From Raillietiella orientalis (lineage: Eukaryota): a stretch of 64,000 nucleotides of DNA. Below, in pieces: positions 25,118 to 37,227 of this stretch (position 1 is its first letter; each line of letters begins with the position of its first letter). The DNA is taken from contig JAYWIR010000019.1 in NCBI GenBank assembly GCA_036172245.1, positions 2,914,001 through 2,978,000 of the forward strand, in the 5' to 3' direction. The position numbers and the translations under genes are program-made. Under the pieces are notes generated by a model, which was not told where the DNA came from, searched no databases, and saw only the letters and a program-made list of their open reading frames with translations.

Positions 25118-26446
25118 GTTATCACTCAGAACATCCCACAGCTTTTGATTAAAAATGTGAAAAATAAATGCATTAGATGAATAATATAGCAAATGAATTC
25201 AATTTAATAACTTTAATTATTTAAGTCCACAATGTAACCATTATACTTTGCCACAAAGTATGTTAACAGACACCTGAAAATAATCAAAGTACATTTGAAT
25301 TCACAATTCTGAGGTTATGTATGCCTTCACTAATTTGTCTAAGGTTTATCTGCTTGCATAAACAACATGCACACGGCAAAATGACTTTCACAACTAGAAA
25401 GACTAACAGATATCCAAATCTTTAACGTCCTTCTTCAGTCAATATGTAAGCTAAACCATTATACAACGTGGAACATATACTCTTTACATGTTCATAATAC
25501 TTAAATAAATTCAGCAAACACATCAAACAGCCTCATAGCGGCTATTCTTTTTTTTGCGTAAGCTGAATTAATAGAATTAACTCTGCTTGAGAACAAAAGT
25601 CATGGGGTAAGAAAATACAAGCAAATAAAAGCAAGCAACACCTGCTCGTGGCAAGGGACGAAATTCTCGAAAACCACCAAAACAGAATGCAAAAACTGAT
25701 TTACATGGGGCCCAAAGGCCAAATGCTGGGAAAAACTAAGCTATTCTTTTGGGGGGCAACTTCCCAAAATAATAGCTTGCTTTCATCAACCCATGATCGC
25801 TGAGGCTGCTTACATATGAGCATATCAAAACACCCTAATTCTGAGATCCTCAATTTTGACAATGGCATCAGATTACCATCTTGCATCTTGGATAACATAT
25901 TCAAATTGCATTAGGATTTTCGTTTCCCCCCTTTCAATACAATCTGGACGTACGGTGTCGAATTTGTTGTTTTTTGCACCGTTGCGCAACAATCGCAAGC
26001 AGATGACACCCACGAAGGATCGACCCATCAGTCAGACGAATTTGTTTTGTACAAACAAATGCAAATCAAATGAGTACGCCCCCGAAATTTCATGAATTGA
26101 TTCGCATCCACTTTGTCCGAAGATGCAGTTACAAATAACAAGCACTGTGAGCAAAAGAGATCGCAGGTAATATGCAATATGAGTAAAGAAATATCCGAGC
26201 AGTTTGCTCTTAAAACCGTGGTACCGAAACTGATACAACATTTTGTGATTCAACATGTACTACTTTTTTTGTTTTGCAAATTTGTTTGACGATTCGATTA
26301 GCTGTATGACAATGGAAATAGAGCAAATAGCAGTTTGGGTCTTTGTTTCTTCCAATCCAAGCCCTTTAATCGTTGGATTTGCTTTAATAATCTCACAACT
26401 CCATGCTAATTTGTTTTTTGTTTCATTGATTTCATTGAACATTACA

Positions 26447-27105
26447 CTGAAGAATTACACGCCCCCCTGCGGGATTGTCGCAGGGGAGAGGCGTGGACAC
26501 TAAACAGTGTGATTCTTCAGGATAGGGGCCACCCCGGGATGGGGGTCCGCCCTATGAATCCAGGAAGGGCTCGGAGTCCGTTCTTCTCACGCTTGGGGAG
26601 GGATCCCCCCGGACGGGGGGGATCGCACCTCCCACCCTGGTTGTCTCCGAAGGAGAAACCCCGAAGGGAATCTCCTTCCTCATCCTCTCCGGAGGGACCA
26701 CCGGAACCCGGAAGGGGGGTGGTCCTCCATTTCAACTTCTCCGAAGGGAACCCGGGAAAGGATCCGCTAGTAGGAATTTCTTCTCCGGAGGGAACCCGCA
26801 AGGGAACCGCTCCTCTGAAGAGAACCCCGAAGGGGCGCTTCCAAAATTCAGAGGGGGCGCTGCTTCCCCGAAAGGATCAATCGCTCTCGCTTCCTTGCAC
26901 TCTCTGGAGTGCTGGTGACGCACCTGTTCCGTGAGCACTACTCGGAAGGAATGGATGGATCCGCTCCTCTAACATCTGGAGGAATGCCTTAACGCACGCA
27001 CTCCATCTGAACGAACCGGAAGGATCCCCCCAGTGTGTGGGGGTAACGATGACCCAGCGAAGGCGCTACTGGCCATTTTTCTTTTTTGAAAAAAAAAAAA
27101 AAAAA
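26447..27105 (+). ncRNA. Unclassified GC-rich, highly structured element (candidate Pol III ncRNA, SINE or structured non-autonomous element) ending in T5-C-T6 then G-A17
   Basis: Sharp GC island in AT-rich DNA with more than 12 stem-loops. It has iterated YTCTCC-GRA-GGGAA-CCC-GNAA-GGG-like units and mostly G-T wobble-compatible mismatches on the + strand. No family recognised. Confidence 0.5.
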
Positions 27106-27515
27106 CTTCTTTGGACGGGAATTGCATTATGGATTTTTTTTGGAGTTGCTATTGCTAGAGATGCACTCATTTAGAAGGGTACTATTTGTGTAAATTTGAA
27201 TTGTGTTCCAAGTCCACGAGCGAAAAAAAATGACCAAATAAGTACACATACGCTTCTTATACACTTTGTTAACGATGGTAGCTCCCTCAAAAACGAATGA
27301 CCTGCGCCATGTCAACGGAGATCCTTCTTTGACATAACCGGAAGTGATGGTGGAAGGAATTATCATTGCTTACTCAGCAAAGCATGATCTCTGCTGCGAT
27401 AGCGCGCTTTTGCTTGGTGGATGACTTGAGAAGTTCCAATAGCTTTGCCTCAATGGCAGAATCGCAGCTCGTGAGGCTTACCGAGCCTCTCGAGCTGACT
27501 AACGTGCACTGTTGA

Positions 27516-28389
27516 CACAGTGCACATTGGATATAGTCACCTCCGATAAAAGAAACTTTTGGCATAAGTAACCCTTCATATAGTCAACATTTTGAGGTTT
27601 CTGCCATCCAGCAAGAGGAACTTTTTTCAACCGCGTTAAAGATGGGAAACAAGAAGAATCTATTAAGTCTTCAATAAAAGTTGAATATTTTACGTGAAAT
27701 AGAAAAGGTAACGAAGGTGAAAGTGCTGTGTTTGAAATTCACATGCAATTTAAGCATTTGTATTCATCAGCTGAAGAAACTGAGTTGAATTTACCTATTT
27801 TACCGATGAAGATGACACACTCATTGCAGCACGATTCAATTCCATAACAAGAGAAAATGTAGCAAATGACTCTGAGATTACGGAATGGGCGGGAGGAGAA
27901 AACCAATGAAATCGTGTTCATCATCTGGATATCATTGCGAACGCTCCTATGGGGCACGCAGGGGAGAAAATTGAGATGAGAGTAACCCGGTTCAAAAATT
28001 TGACATTGGCGAAGTTGTTGACCACCCGCTCAATCCAGCTCTGGAGTGGTCAGAAAGAGCCTGCCTTCCTGTTCGTGATGTTCTTCTCCTGAGAAGAATA
28101 CGGGAAACAGCCATTCGTAAAGAAGTTTGAATCAAATTTCATATCGTATCGTCATCATCATTTGCCATACACCATCATTATTTCTTACTTTTGTAATGTT
28201 ACTAAAATTTGCCCATTTGATTATAAAAATTCACGTTACTGTTCAGCAATTTGCTTTCCTTTATTTAATTATCCAAAGTAATTTTTTTTTTAATTTCCAC
28301 TACCCCTCTCGAGACAATCAACAACATTCTATCAAAGGCAGCGTTTTTAGCAATGCCAGCAAAGGTGACCATGTCGAATGCGCACTGTG
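27516..28389 (+). mobile_element. Internally deleted Tigger/pogo-like DNA transposon, copy A, with both TIRs
   Basis: Left TIR CACAGTGCACATTGGATATAGTCACCT; right TIR (reverse complement) CACAGTGCGCATTCGACATGGTCACCT. Transposase N-terminus MGNKKNLLSLQ*KLNILREIEKV and C-terminus ..ALEWSERACLPVRDVLLLRRIRETAIRKEV*. Clearly homologous to copy B. Confidence 0.8.
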
Positions 28390-28949
28390 TGTGACAGATT
28401 TGAGACACTCCAAGTGCATTACACGTTGCGCTACCTTACATTCCTCTCCTTGCTAGCGGCATGCTGGGGTGTTCCAGTGCCGTAGCGTCCGTGTCTGATC
28501 AGCTCCACACACAAACTGTATGGGGAAAGAGGTTTTCAAAGGGGTGGACGTGGTGTGGAGGTGAAGGATTCCTCGTATTCTACCTGCAGGAAAAACGTTG
28601 GTGCACCAGTGCTTCGGGTAGAGTGGTCATGAGGAGGAATCTGCGGCCTCTTGAGTCCTTTTTTGTGACATGAAAGGCTGTTTTGAAATCGAAATTAACC
28701 TCCTCATTATGAGGCACAATATAAATGTACTACCTCACATCTTTTGTCCTGTCGGATCAGTGGTGGGTTAAATTTATCACGACAGCTAAAAGCAGATACA
28801 TATAAATACAACCCAAGACAGTTTCTCGTGAGTTCCTGAGACATAGGTCAAATTTTACTCACAGATTCACGGGAAGGGCAGTGGAGTCACAATCTGTAGT
28901 GCTACAACTAGTGTCCTTCACTTAGGTGCCTGTTGGCTTCTTGTATCTT

Positions 28950-31900
28950 CTGTAGAGTGTGGTGGAGAGTCCAGGCTGGAATGCTGTCGTACCCTCTGAT
29001 GCCGATTTCTTTCGTGACTTGGCACATCGGGTAGTCTCGCGCAGTCACCTGCTCGCCGTGCCAGAGGCTCTGTCCCCCTGATGAGGATGCGTCAGATGAA
29101 GAAGGTGATGGCTGCCCTCACCATGGGGTCATATAGGACAACATCCTCGAGGAGTTTCCCGGATGATTTCTATCTTGGCCAGGGCCTGCATCTGAGTCTC
29201 CTGCTTTACTGCCTTCCGATCCCAGACAAGAGTCCGGCAGGTACAGAGGTGAGGGTCATTTTCGGTACTCCCGCATGGCAGCTTTACCATCGGGGTTTCT
29301 GGTTTGTCTGCATAAGATTCTTCCGTGGCAGACAGCAGGAACCTACATGGAATCTCCAGATGACTGTCCCTAAATCTAGTAGGTTCAGAGAAGGTTTCCA
29401 AATCGTGCTCACCTCGAGCGCATCGCTTGTTGAGAACTGATCTTCGGTGGGAGATGCAGAGATGCCTGCAGTGGGCACAGATAAACTCCCAGAGCTCGGG
29501 AGTTCATCTTTGCTCACTGCGAGCTCTTAACTTGACAGAATTCGAGGAACTTGTGGGTTGCTCACTCTCGTATCTGTGTTTGCACTGGAGCCACCGCATT
29601 TCGTGAGTGTTCCCAGGTGGAGGATTGTTCACGGTCGTCAATAGTCAGACGTGGTCTCCTCTGGAGCCACCATTCTGTGACCCATGGAACGCTTACGCCA
29701 AGTGCATCACCATAGCTGTCCCTGTTCCAGAGTTCTTTGCTCTTAGGAACAATTTTCACTCTGGAGCTTCTGACGACGTTTTTGTTTCCTTGGCTAGGTC
29801 GAATGCTCTTCAGCCATTGCCCTGATATTCCGGACAAGGCTGACATCAAACCTTCAGTTTCGTGGAACCGTGTTGCGTAGGCTCGGTGAAATACGTACGG
29901 CTATTCGTCCCAGGCGTTGCCATGGCTGATGGCGTGCCGCGAATCCTGCAGCTCGGCGGCATATGCGCTCTCCCGGACGCCGATGTCTCCCGCTGGAACT
30001 TTAGGTTCACCCAAGGCTTGATGTTTCTTAGGATGAGGGTTTTTTGGGCGTTGGCCCAAATGTTTTGCCATTTTCTCTGGAGTGTTGCAAAAGGCCGCTA
30101 CGAACAGCAACTCTGATGGAAGCGCACCTTTCCACAAGTCCGTTTTCTCCTCCTTCAATGAGAAGTTCACCCGGATGTATTGCCTCTCTCCCTGTCAGGT
30201 CTTCTCTGTCGTGTCTTCTCTACCATGTCCTTTCATTAGAAAACGGGCAATAACCCGTTCATCAGCAATGAGAACAGGTATTTGATATCATCCACTATCC
30301 CGTACCCATGATTGTACAGGATAGTAGAGATTTTAGCCCAGATTTTTGCTATCCACTTGGAAGAGTTAAAGATGGGGATGGGTCTCCACTGAATTATTGA
30401 CATCAGGCCACCACCCTTCCAATGAAGCCCTATCCTTTTTCGACAGAAGGAGTTGGGTAGTCTTCCTTCTTGGACTCAGGTCAGCAGATGGTGAAACAGA
30501 CGCAGGTAGGCTGGCTGGTATTCAGATAGCAGGTGGCACGGATCTCCTCAAGGACCGCATTCACATCCTTGCGTAGGTCCAGGAAAACCGTAATGATGTC
30601 GTCCGTGAAGTCTCGGGTCAAGGGGCTTCTTGTTGAAGAGAGCCGAGTCTCTTGAAGAAACATCGAGGATTTGCTCTGTCACTCCATCATCGAGGAGTTT
30701 CTTGCAGGAGTGCCCAGGGTGGTGGTGTTGGGATGCCTCCATCACCTGTTCCAAGGTCCGGAACTCTCGTTGTTGGTGATGGACGAGGGATATGTATGTC
30801 GAAATGCCCATTTCCATTTTCCCCCGATGTCCTTCTTGACTCTATGGTCCAGATGCTATCTCTGATACTGTTTCCCAGTACACAGAGTTGGAGGGGTGGT
30901 GTCGGTGCATTTCCCAGCACGCTTGCAGCCCGTAACTTCTCCAAAGTGCATCGCCGGAAAGACATGCACAGCATGCTCGAGACGATGCAGTCTTCGACGC
31001 TATCATTGGTGGTTGTAAACAGGATGGTCTCTACGACGCACAGATTTTCCGGGTAGCTCTCCTAACAGTTGGGTGTAAAGATATACACTTCCTTGGAGTC
31101 CTCGAGAGCTCCTTTCCAGACAATGACCCCTTCCCGATCCCCCTCCCCAAGCTGCATTTTTATTTTTGTTTTCTTTTATTTTCTTCTCCCCCTCCCTTCT
31201 GCTGCTGTGGTGGACCGTGGCGATCTGCGTACCGCCGACCCGGCAAGTCTTTTTGAAATCCAGTTTTTCTATGTAATAAGTTTATGAAAATAAACGCCCC
31301 GGCGCACCCGGGTGGGAATCGAGAGCTCCTTCCTGGTATTGTTGACTTTTATCCGTCCGATCCTCAAGAAGAAGTGGTCCGAGAAAGCGATGGCAGCTCC
31401 CAAAGTTCCTGAAAACGATTGCTGATGTTTTGAGTAGAGGAAGTACTGTATCGGGATGTGTGTGGCACTTAGCGGGATGATGGGTGCTCCACGCGACGAT
31501 AGCCTCAGGATTCTTGAACGTTCCCAATGCAGGCACCTTCCTAGATCAGTGCTCAGATCCCCCATGATAACAACGACATCTTTCGTTGGCACCCTGCTTT
31601 TCAGAAGGTCCCTCAGAGCCGTCATAAGGGCTTCTTTTTTCTTGTGTGGTCCGTGTACGTTCACCAGGAACAGATGAATGCTGCTGAACCACGCCATCCT
31701 TATACCCAGGACGCAGTCTTCCCGCCCCTGGAAGGCCACTAGGATGGTCAGGGAGAAACTGTTCTTCACATGGATGACCACTCTTTTTCGTCTGTTCTTG
31801 TCTCGACTCTTGAAGAGCTGTACTTGAAGGTTGTAACTGAGGTCCTGTTCCACAGTTCCAGCAAGCTCATGGGTTTTCTGGATACAGCTTATGATTTCGT

Positions 31901-32700
31901 GTTTCAGGAGTCATACCGGACCTTGTTGGTGAGAGTCCCCGTCGGAGGTCGTGCGTTCCCTGAGGCTTCCCTAGGTGTCTGTGGCCTTGTCTGTTACCCT
32001 TAAGTTGTTGCCCACCTGCCACTGGTCCTTTTGCATGTGGTTCCGTTCCAGAAGGACCGCGAGACCGAGGCTCTCGTAGACTGCCGACTCGAGGTGGCAA
32101 CTCACGGGAACTACAAGTAGTTGCTCCCCGAGTTCGTGGATCGTAACTCCAGCACCTGCCACAAGACGAGACTTGCTCTTTCCGGGATTTCCGGGTTGCA
32201 GAGGCGACGTGCTGCAAATGTTCCATCTTAACCTGCAGTGACAGTACAAGCAGGCAGGTTTTCGCCTGGATATATTTAACGTCTATCCTTCGGTGGATCG
32301 CGTCATTCGTAAGGGCGTTCGTGGGGAAGGTGAAAATGGCCACTTACAGGGCAAAATGCTGCATGGATGGATTCGTTGCTGGACTGCCTATTATTATTAT
32401 TATTATTATTTTGTTGTTTTTTTGTCGTTGATCACACCGCGTTGTTTGGTGGTCATGGAAGCTCTCGTTGTGAAGGACGCGGCCACCGTTGCGTATGACC
32501 CGGTCATCACACTTGCTGCCGCTCCCGCCGTCGCTACTACCACTGTTTGTCCATTGGCGCCCCCATCATGTTTGTTGGGGAAAGTGTGGTGGGGAGGCGC
32601 CTTTCCCACGCGCCATGCTTCCACTCGGGAGTTTCCGACTCGCTGTTCCTTGTCCACTATCGCCTTGTACGGGACATATATAAACTGCCTGCGGCAGCCA
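28950..32700 (-). mobile_element. Decayed non-LTR retrotransposon (LINE) with gag-like ORF1 and an APE endonuclease / reverse transcriptase ORF2; ends approximate
   Basis: Remnants occur in the expected order on the minus strand: SYATVAAS (ORF1-type motif, ~32490) and a degenerate CCHC knuckle CGRCWSYDPRTRGATTC (~32150). Next come AP-endonuclease motifs ISCIQKTH, FLVNVHGP and VVVIMGDL (31500-31900), the RT motif FTDDI resembling YADD (~30600), and a C-terminal Zn-knuckle-like LPCGSTENDPHLCTC (~29250). Many stops and frameshifts. Confidence 0.75.
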
Positions 32701-32711
32701 TCGAGTGAAAT

Positions 32712-33732
32712 TTAAAGTGTTGCCTTTATAGAATGTTATTGATTGTATCGAGATGGATAGCTGAGATGAAAAAATAATAATTCTGGATAATGAAATAAAA
32801 GAAACCAAATTGCTAAACAGTAACGTGAATCTTTATAATCAAATGAGTAGATTGGGTAACATTACAAAAGTAAAAATAATGAATAGTTTATGGTAAATGA
32901 TGATGACGATACGATATGAAATTTGATTCAAACTTCTTCACGAATGGCTGTTTCCCGTATTCTTCTCAGAAATGCAAACCCTTTCTGACCACTCCAGAGC
33001 TGGATTGAGCGGGTGGTCAATAACTTTGTCAATATCAAATTTTTGAACATGGTTACTCTCATCTAAATTTTTTTCTGCATGCTCCATGGGAGCGTTCGTA
33101 ATGCTATCCAGATCATGGACTATCTCTTTAAATTTCCCAATAAAACTGGAACCTGCGAGGCGTCGCGGGAAAGTTTCTTCCCGGATGTGGTTAAGAAGCG
33201 AATACCATGTCTTTTCTTGAAGCTGTACAGCTGCCACCCACCCATCGTTTGCCAAAAATCCCCCATTGCATCCCAACCGAACATAAATTTCCTTGGCTTT
33301 TCGATTTAAGATTCCATTTGTGATGCTGTTTTTCAAGTCTCGCTGTTGTAAAAACCGCGAATGTAAAGCTCGTTCCATTCCAGGAAATTTCGAGATGGTC
33401 ATCCTGTTTTTTAGGTGTTTCGGGGGACATCACAGCACGAGGCGACGTATCCTTCTCTTTAGTTCTCTCTATTTTCCACGATTTCTCGAAATTGTTGACT
33501 GATGCACGTTACATATCAAACACGGCACTTTCACCTCCGTTCCCTTTCCGATTTCACGTAAAATATTCAACTCTTGTTGCGTGGTTGATGAATTCCTCTT
33601 ATTTTTTCCCCCATCTTCAACGCGGTCGAAAAAGGTTTCTCTCATCGAACGACGGAAACCTCAAAATGTTAAGGGCTGCTCATGTGAAAAGTCTCTTTTT
33701 ATCAAAGGTGGCTACATCGGATTTGCACTGTG
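32712..33732 (-). mobile_element. Internally deleted Tigger/pogo-like DNA transposon, copy B; retains CENP-B-type HTH domains, lacks the DDE core and the 3' TIR
   Basis: 5' TIR CACAGTGCAAATCCGATGTAGCCACCT at 33732. Translation MGKNKR..ELNILREIGKG..NVHQSTIS..SKFPGMERALHSRFLQQRDLKNSITNGILNRKAKEIY..FLANDGW/FKKRHGIRFLTTSGKKLS is a CENP-B/Tc5 HTH of the Tigger/jerky type. It jumps directly to the C-terminal ALEWSER segment shared with copy A. Confidence 0.85.
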
Positions 33733-36700
33733 ACAGGAAAGATTCTTTTTACCTTCATGAGAAAAATGCTTCCTCCGAATATTCCATTGCTTATCTAGAG
33801 ATATCCGCGTATCTTACACGTCTTTTGATTACTCGATAAATACACGCTGTAGTTTGCATGAGATTCTTCTATTCAATTATAATGATGATTTCAGCTGCCA
33901 TCAAATTCGAATATTGTAAATGCAAAAAAGAAAATAATGATTTTATGTGAAGGTAAACAAAGCGGAAGTGCAAAAAGCAATTCTTGCCCTCACCTTTCGA
34001 AATATTAACGAATTCATTCCATCTATTAAAAAGACATGAAATAAATATCTGATAAATTTATTCCTTTTTGGAAATTTTCTATAGAAATGTAGTATGTACA
34101 TTTAATAAATCATAATGTTCTAAAATAGAATGGTCGTTTTTAGCACGCTTTTTGCAACCAAGATTTGTTAGAAATATCAGGATGATCGAAATTCTTCGAT
34201 TATCAGGGCATTCTTTCGGCTTGTCATTTACATTACGTTTCAATGCTTCACTCGTTTTAGAATATGTAGGCAAACTGGTATTAAATGTATCGATTTGAAT
34301 ACTGTAATTCATGAAATCTCAACAATCCACTTTAGTTCTCTGTTTGTTTTTCAAGATAATTTATTAATTATGCTCATTTTGGTACATCTTCCTGTCCATG
34401 TACAATCCCAGCTGAATTTTCTGCCTCCATGTTGAATAGGGAATTCACAAATTTTGCATGTATCCCTACTCGAGTTTATCATCTTTCTATTGTAGAAGGA
34501 TGTAAGCTGTAATAGTTTCTCATGCAAATAAAATACAGCATGTGCGAAAGCACACACACATTTCAATGCAATTACTTTATGACAATGCTTTCAGTTTCAC
34601 TCCTTTGTTCTCATATTTTCAAAATGCAAGTTCCAAACAATTCAGAAGTGGGTATGGGGGCACGTCTAAGTTGATGTTACTCCAGTTTGAAGCTGGTTGC
34701 ATAGAAATGCTTTGAATTTTGGCACTGAATGTCTTTTCTGTACTTCGATGTTGGCTGACTATTCTTGAAAACTGCTGCAGCTGCCACAACGGTCAAAGGA
34801 TTGTGAACACCAATTTTCTGTTAACCTTTGTTTTTCATTTTCGTTTCGTATGCTGCCCAATATCTGTAGGATTAGAAGTTTTATTCTTGGTTTGCAGTAC
34901 ACTTTGCTAGAAATGAATAGATTCACATGCATCTCGAATTTTTGGCCCTACTGTAGTCATGAATCTAACACTATCTCATTCAGATCATGGAAGTGTGTTT
35001 TTCATAGCAAGTGAAGCTAATTGAGCTTTTTTTTCTTTTTTCATTCCATTGATCAAACTTTCAGGATCTGATGATATTTTTTTCTATTTACTGATACACA
35101 ACTCAAATAAATATGCTTAATAATAAATTCCATCACAAAAATTCACATCATCTATCCACATTCATGAATGCAGAAAAGAGTTATCCTTCTTAGAGAAAGG
35201 AAGTCAAGGGAACCCTCTCAAGTTTGCAAAAGACATTTGAAGAAAAATTTCGTTGCAATATTGAGAAATAAATGAAATTCCTCTCGATTTCAGATATTAA
35301 GTTGACACATTCAAGGAATTTTCAAGAGGAGTTCTCCATTGTTTGAAGGGTATGTAACAAATATGGAGGTAATGACATTGATTAGAATGACTGAATTTGA
35401 AATGATCAGAGCGCAGAAAATGAGCAGCATGAAGGAAAACACCTTTCTGATATATAAAATTCTCTGATCCCTGAGAGCAGAATTTTAAAATCGAAAACCC
35501 TGTCATCCGAAACCGTCCATGGGAAATCCTGTAACTGTTTTGCAGCATGGTTCCCTATAAACAGTTGTGCTAATCATCGTCGCACCAAATAAAATAGACA
35601 GCATCGTCTGCAAAGAATGCTCTCCGTTTGGCTCCGTGTTTATCATCTTTCTGAATCATTATTTCAAAGTTCAAAAGACCAAACTGTTTTTTTGAGCGAT
35701 CCAATTTATTGAGAATGAGAATGCACCAAGCTGTATGCATCGGCAATAGGACACCTGAGAAAAAAACTTGTGAAGACTATTTCAGCCAAATGTTTACGTT
35801 GAGTGACACGGTTGTTTCTCATCTTCCAGCAAAATACTATTGTAGTCACGTTCGGATAAAGGTATGAAGACAGCGAAAAAGCAACACAACAGTCCAATTT
35901 ATTACTGTAACTGTTGGTAATTTGTATCTAAAAATTTAAATACCAAACAATTGTACAGTTTTATCTCATCAGGAAAAGCTGGAACGGATTGATGAGATTT
36001 GGAAGATTTTCGAGTACATTCTTGTGACCTTTGTGGAACTCCCAGTCCAAACGTTCATTTGACCTCTCTTTTATTACACAAAAAGCTAAATTAGCCAGAA
36101 AAAAATGCTTACCTTATCATTCATGCATTTCTCAATCCATTTGAAAATACTGAAAAATGCTCTTTTTAGATGTCTTTATTTCGCTTCGGTATTTTTCTTT
36201 CATTGGCTCTATATTATCCTTTTTGTCATTCACATTAATGGGAAAGCATTATTTGTAGGTGCAGTTTCATTATGAAGGGCGAATTTTCCTATCCTAGAAG
36301 TATCTTGTTCTAGTACATCATCTTTTTGCGTTATATTATCAATTATTTAGATATAAAGAATGTTTTCCAGCTATTTTCTGCCAAATATTTCCATGTTATC
36401 ATTTTATTGGATTTTCTCGATTTTCAATGCAGAGTTAGTATTCCCTTCACAACACATCTAAGATTAATGTTTCAAAAATAATAATTTTATTTTATGAAGA
36501 CTTGATAACTGTTTGATTAAGCATCCGATTAGGTATTTCTTTGAGAGTGATGACTCAAGTACATATTTGCTTTGTCATTCCTCATTATTCATTAAAAATA
36601 TACTAATTCTCCTCTGATCTGATACGACAACATTAATATGCTCGTATACGTAAAGATTAAAAATTAGATCAAAAAGGTGGTAAGCAATTTTCTCTCTCTG

Positions 36701-37227
36701 ATATAGAACAGTGCCCTAATGAATTAATGACGGGTTAGTAGAATTCGAGGCAATATTTTCTGCAAGCTTATACACAGTCGAAAACACATCTATTTCAAAA
36801 CAAGATTTATTGTAATCACAATACATTTATAAAGAAGTTATAAATCAGTAAGTAAACAGACTTGAATCCTTCAAAGCAGAAGTTCTCATTTTGCACAAGA
36901 AAGCGGTGAGGTATGAGTTTGCTTCTCGAAACGTTTACTAATTTCTGCAAGTTTGAACAGCAAGCGATACTTCGATGTCTCATTGGCTAAAAAATATAAT
37001 CAATATTATTTTGTAAGACAGATATTTGGTTTGTACAGACTTCTTCCTATGTATTCACTGTATGACTGCGCGAGCGATTTATATTTGGTACTCGTATGTA
37101 AAATAATCATATTTGATCAATAGTCATAGCACCACTGCTTACCGAATTCGTTTTCTACGTTATGCGCTTGGTCTGAGTTGCATGTAGTGTTGTGGTATTT
37201 GAAAGAAGAAATTCTAATTAGTTAAAG

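Noticed and set aside
26447..26520. CTGAAGA as a hammerhead ribozyme core (CUGANGA)
   Set aside because: No correctly placed GAAA/NUH partner, and the motif is better explained as one arm of a 14-bp stem.
26640..26880. Repeated hairpin units as a CRISPR-like array
   Set aside because: Repeats are degenerate and irregularly spaced, the context is eukaryotic, and there are no cas genes.
26509..26934. 141-aa Pro/Gly-rich ORF within the structured island
   Set aside because: Non-ATG start and composition dictated by the hairpin repeats; no domain.
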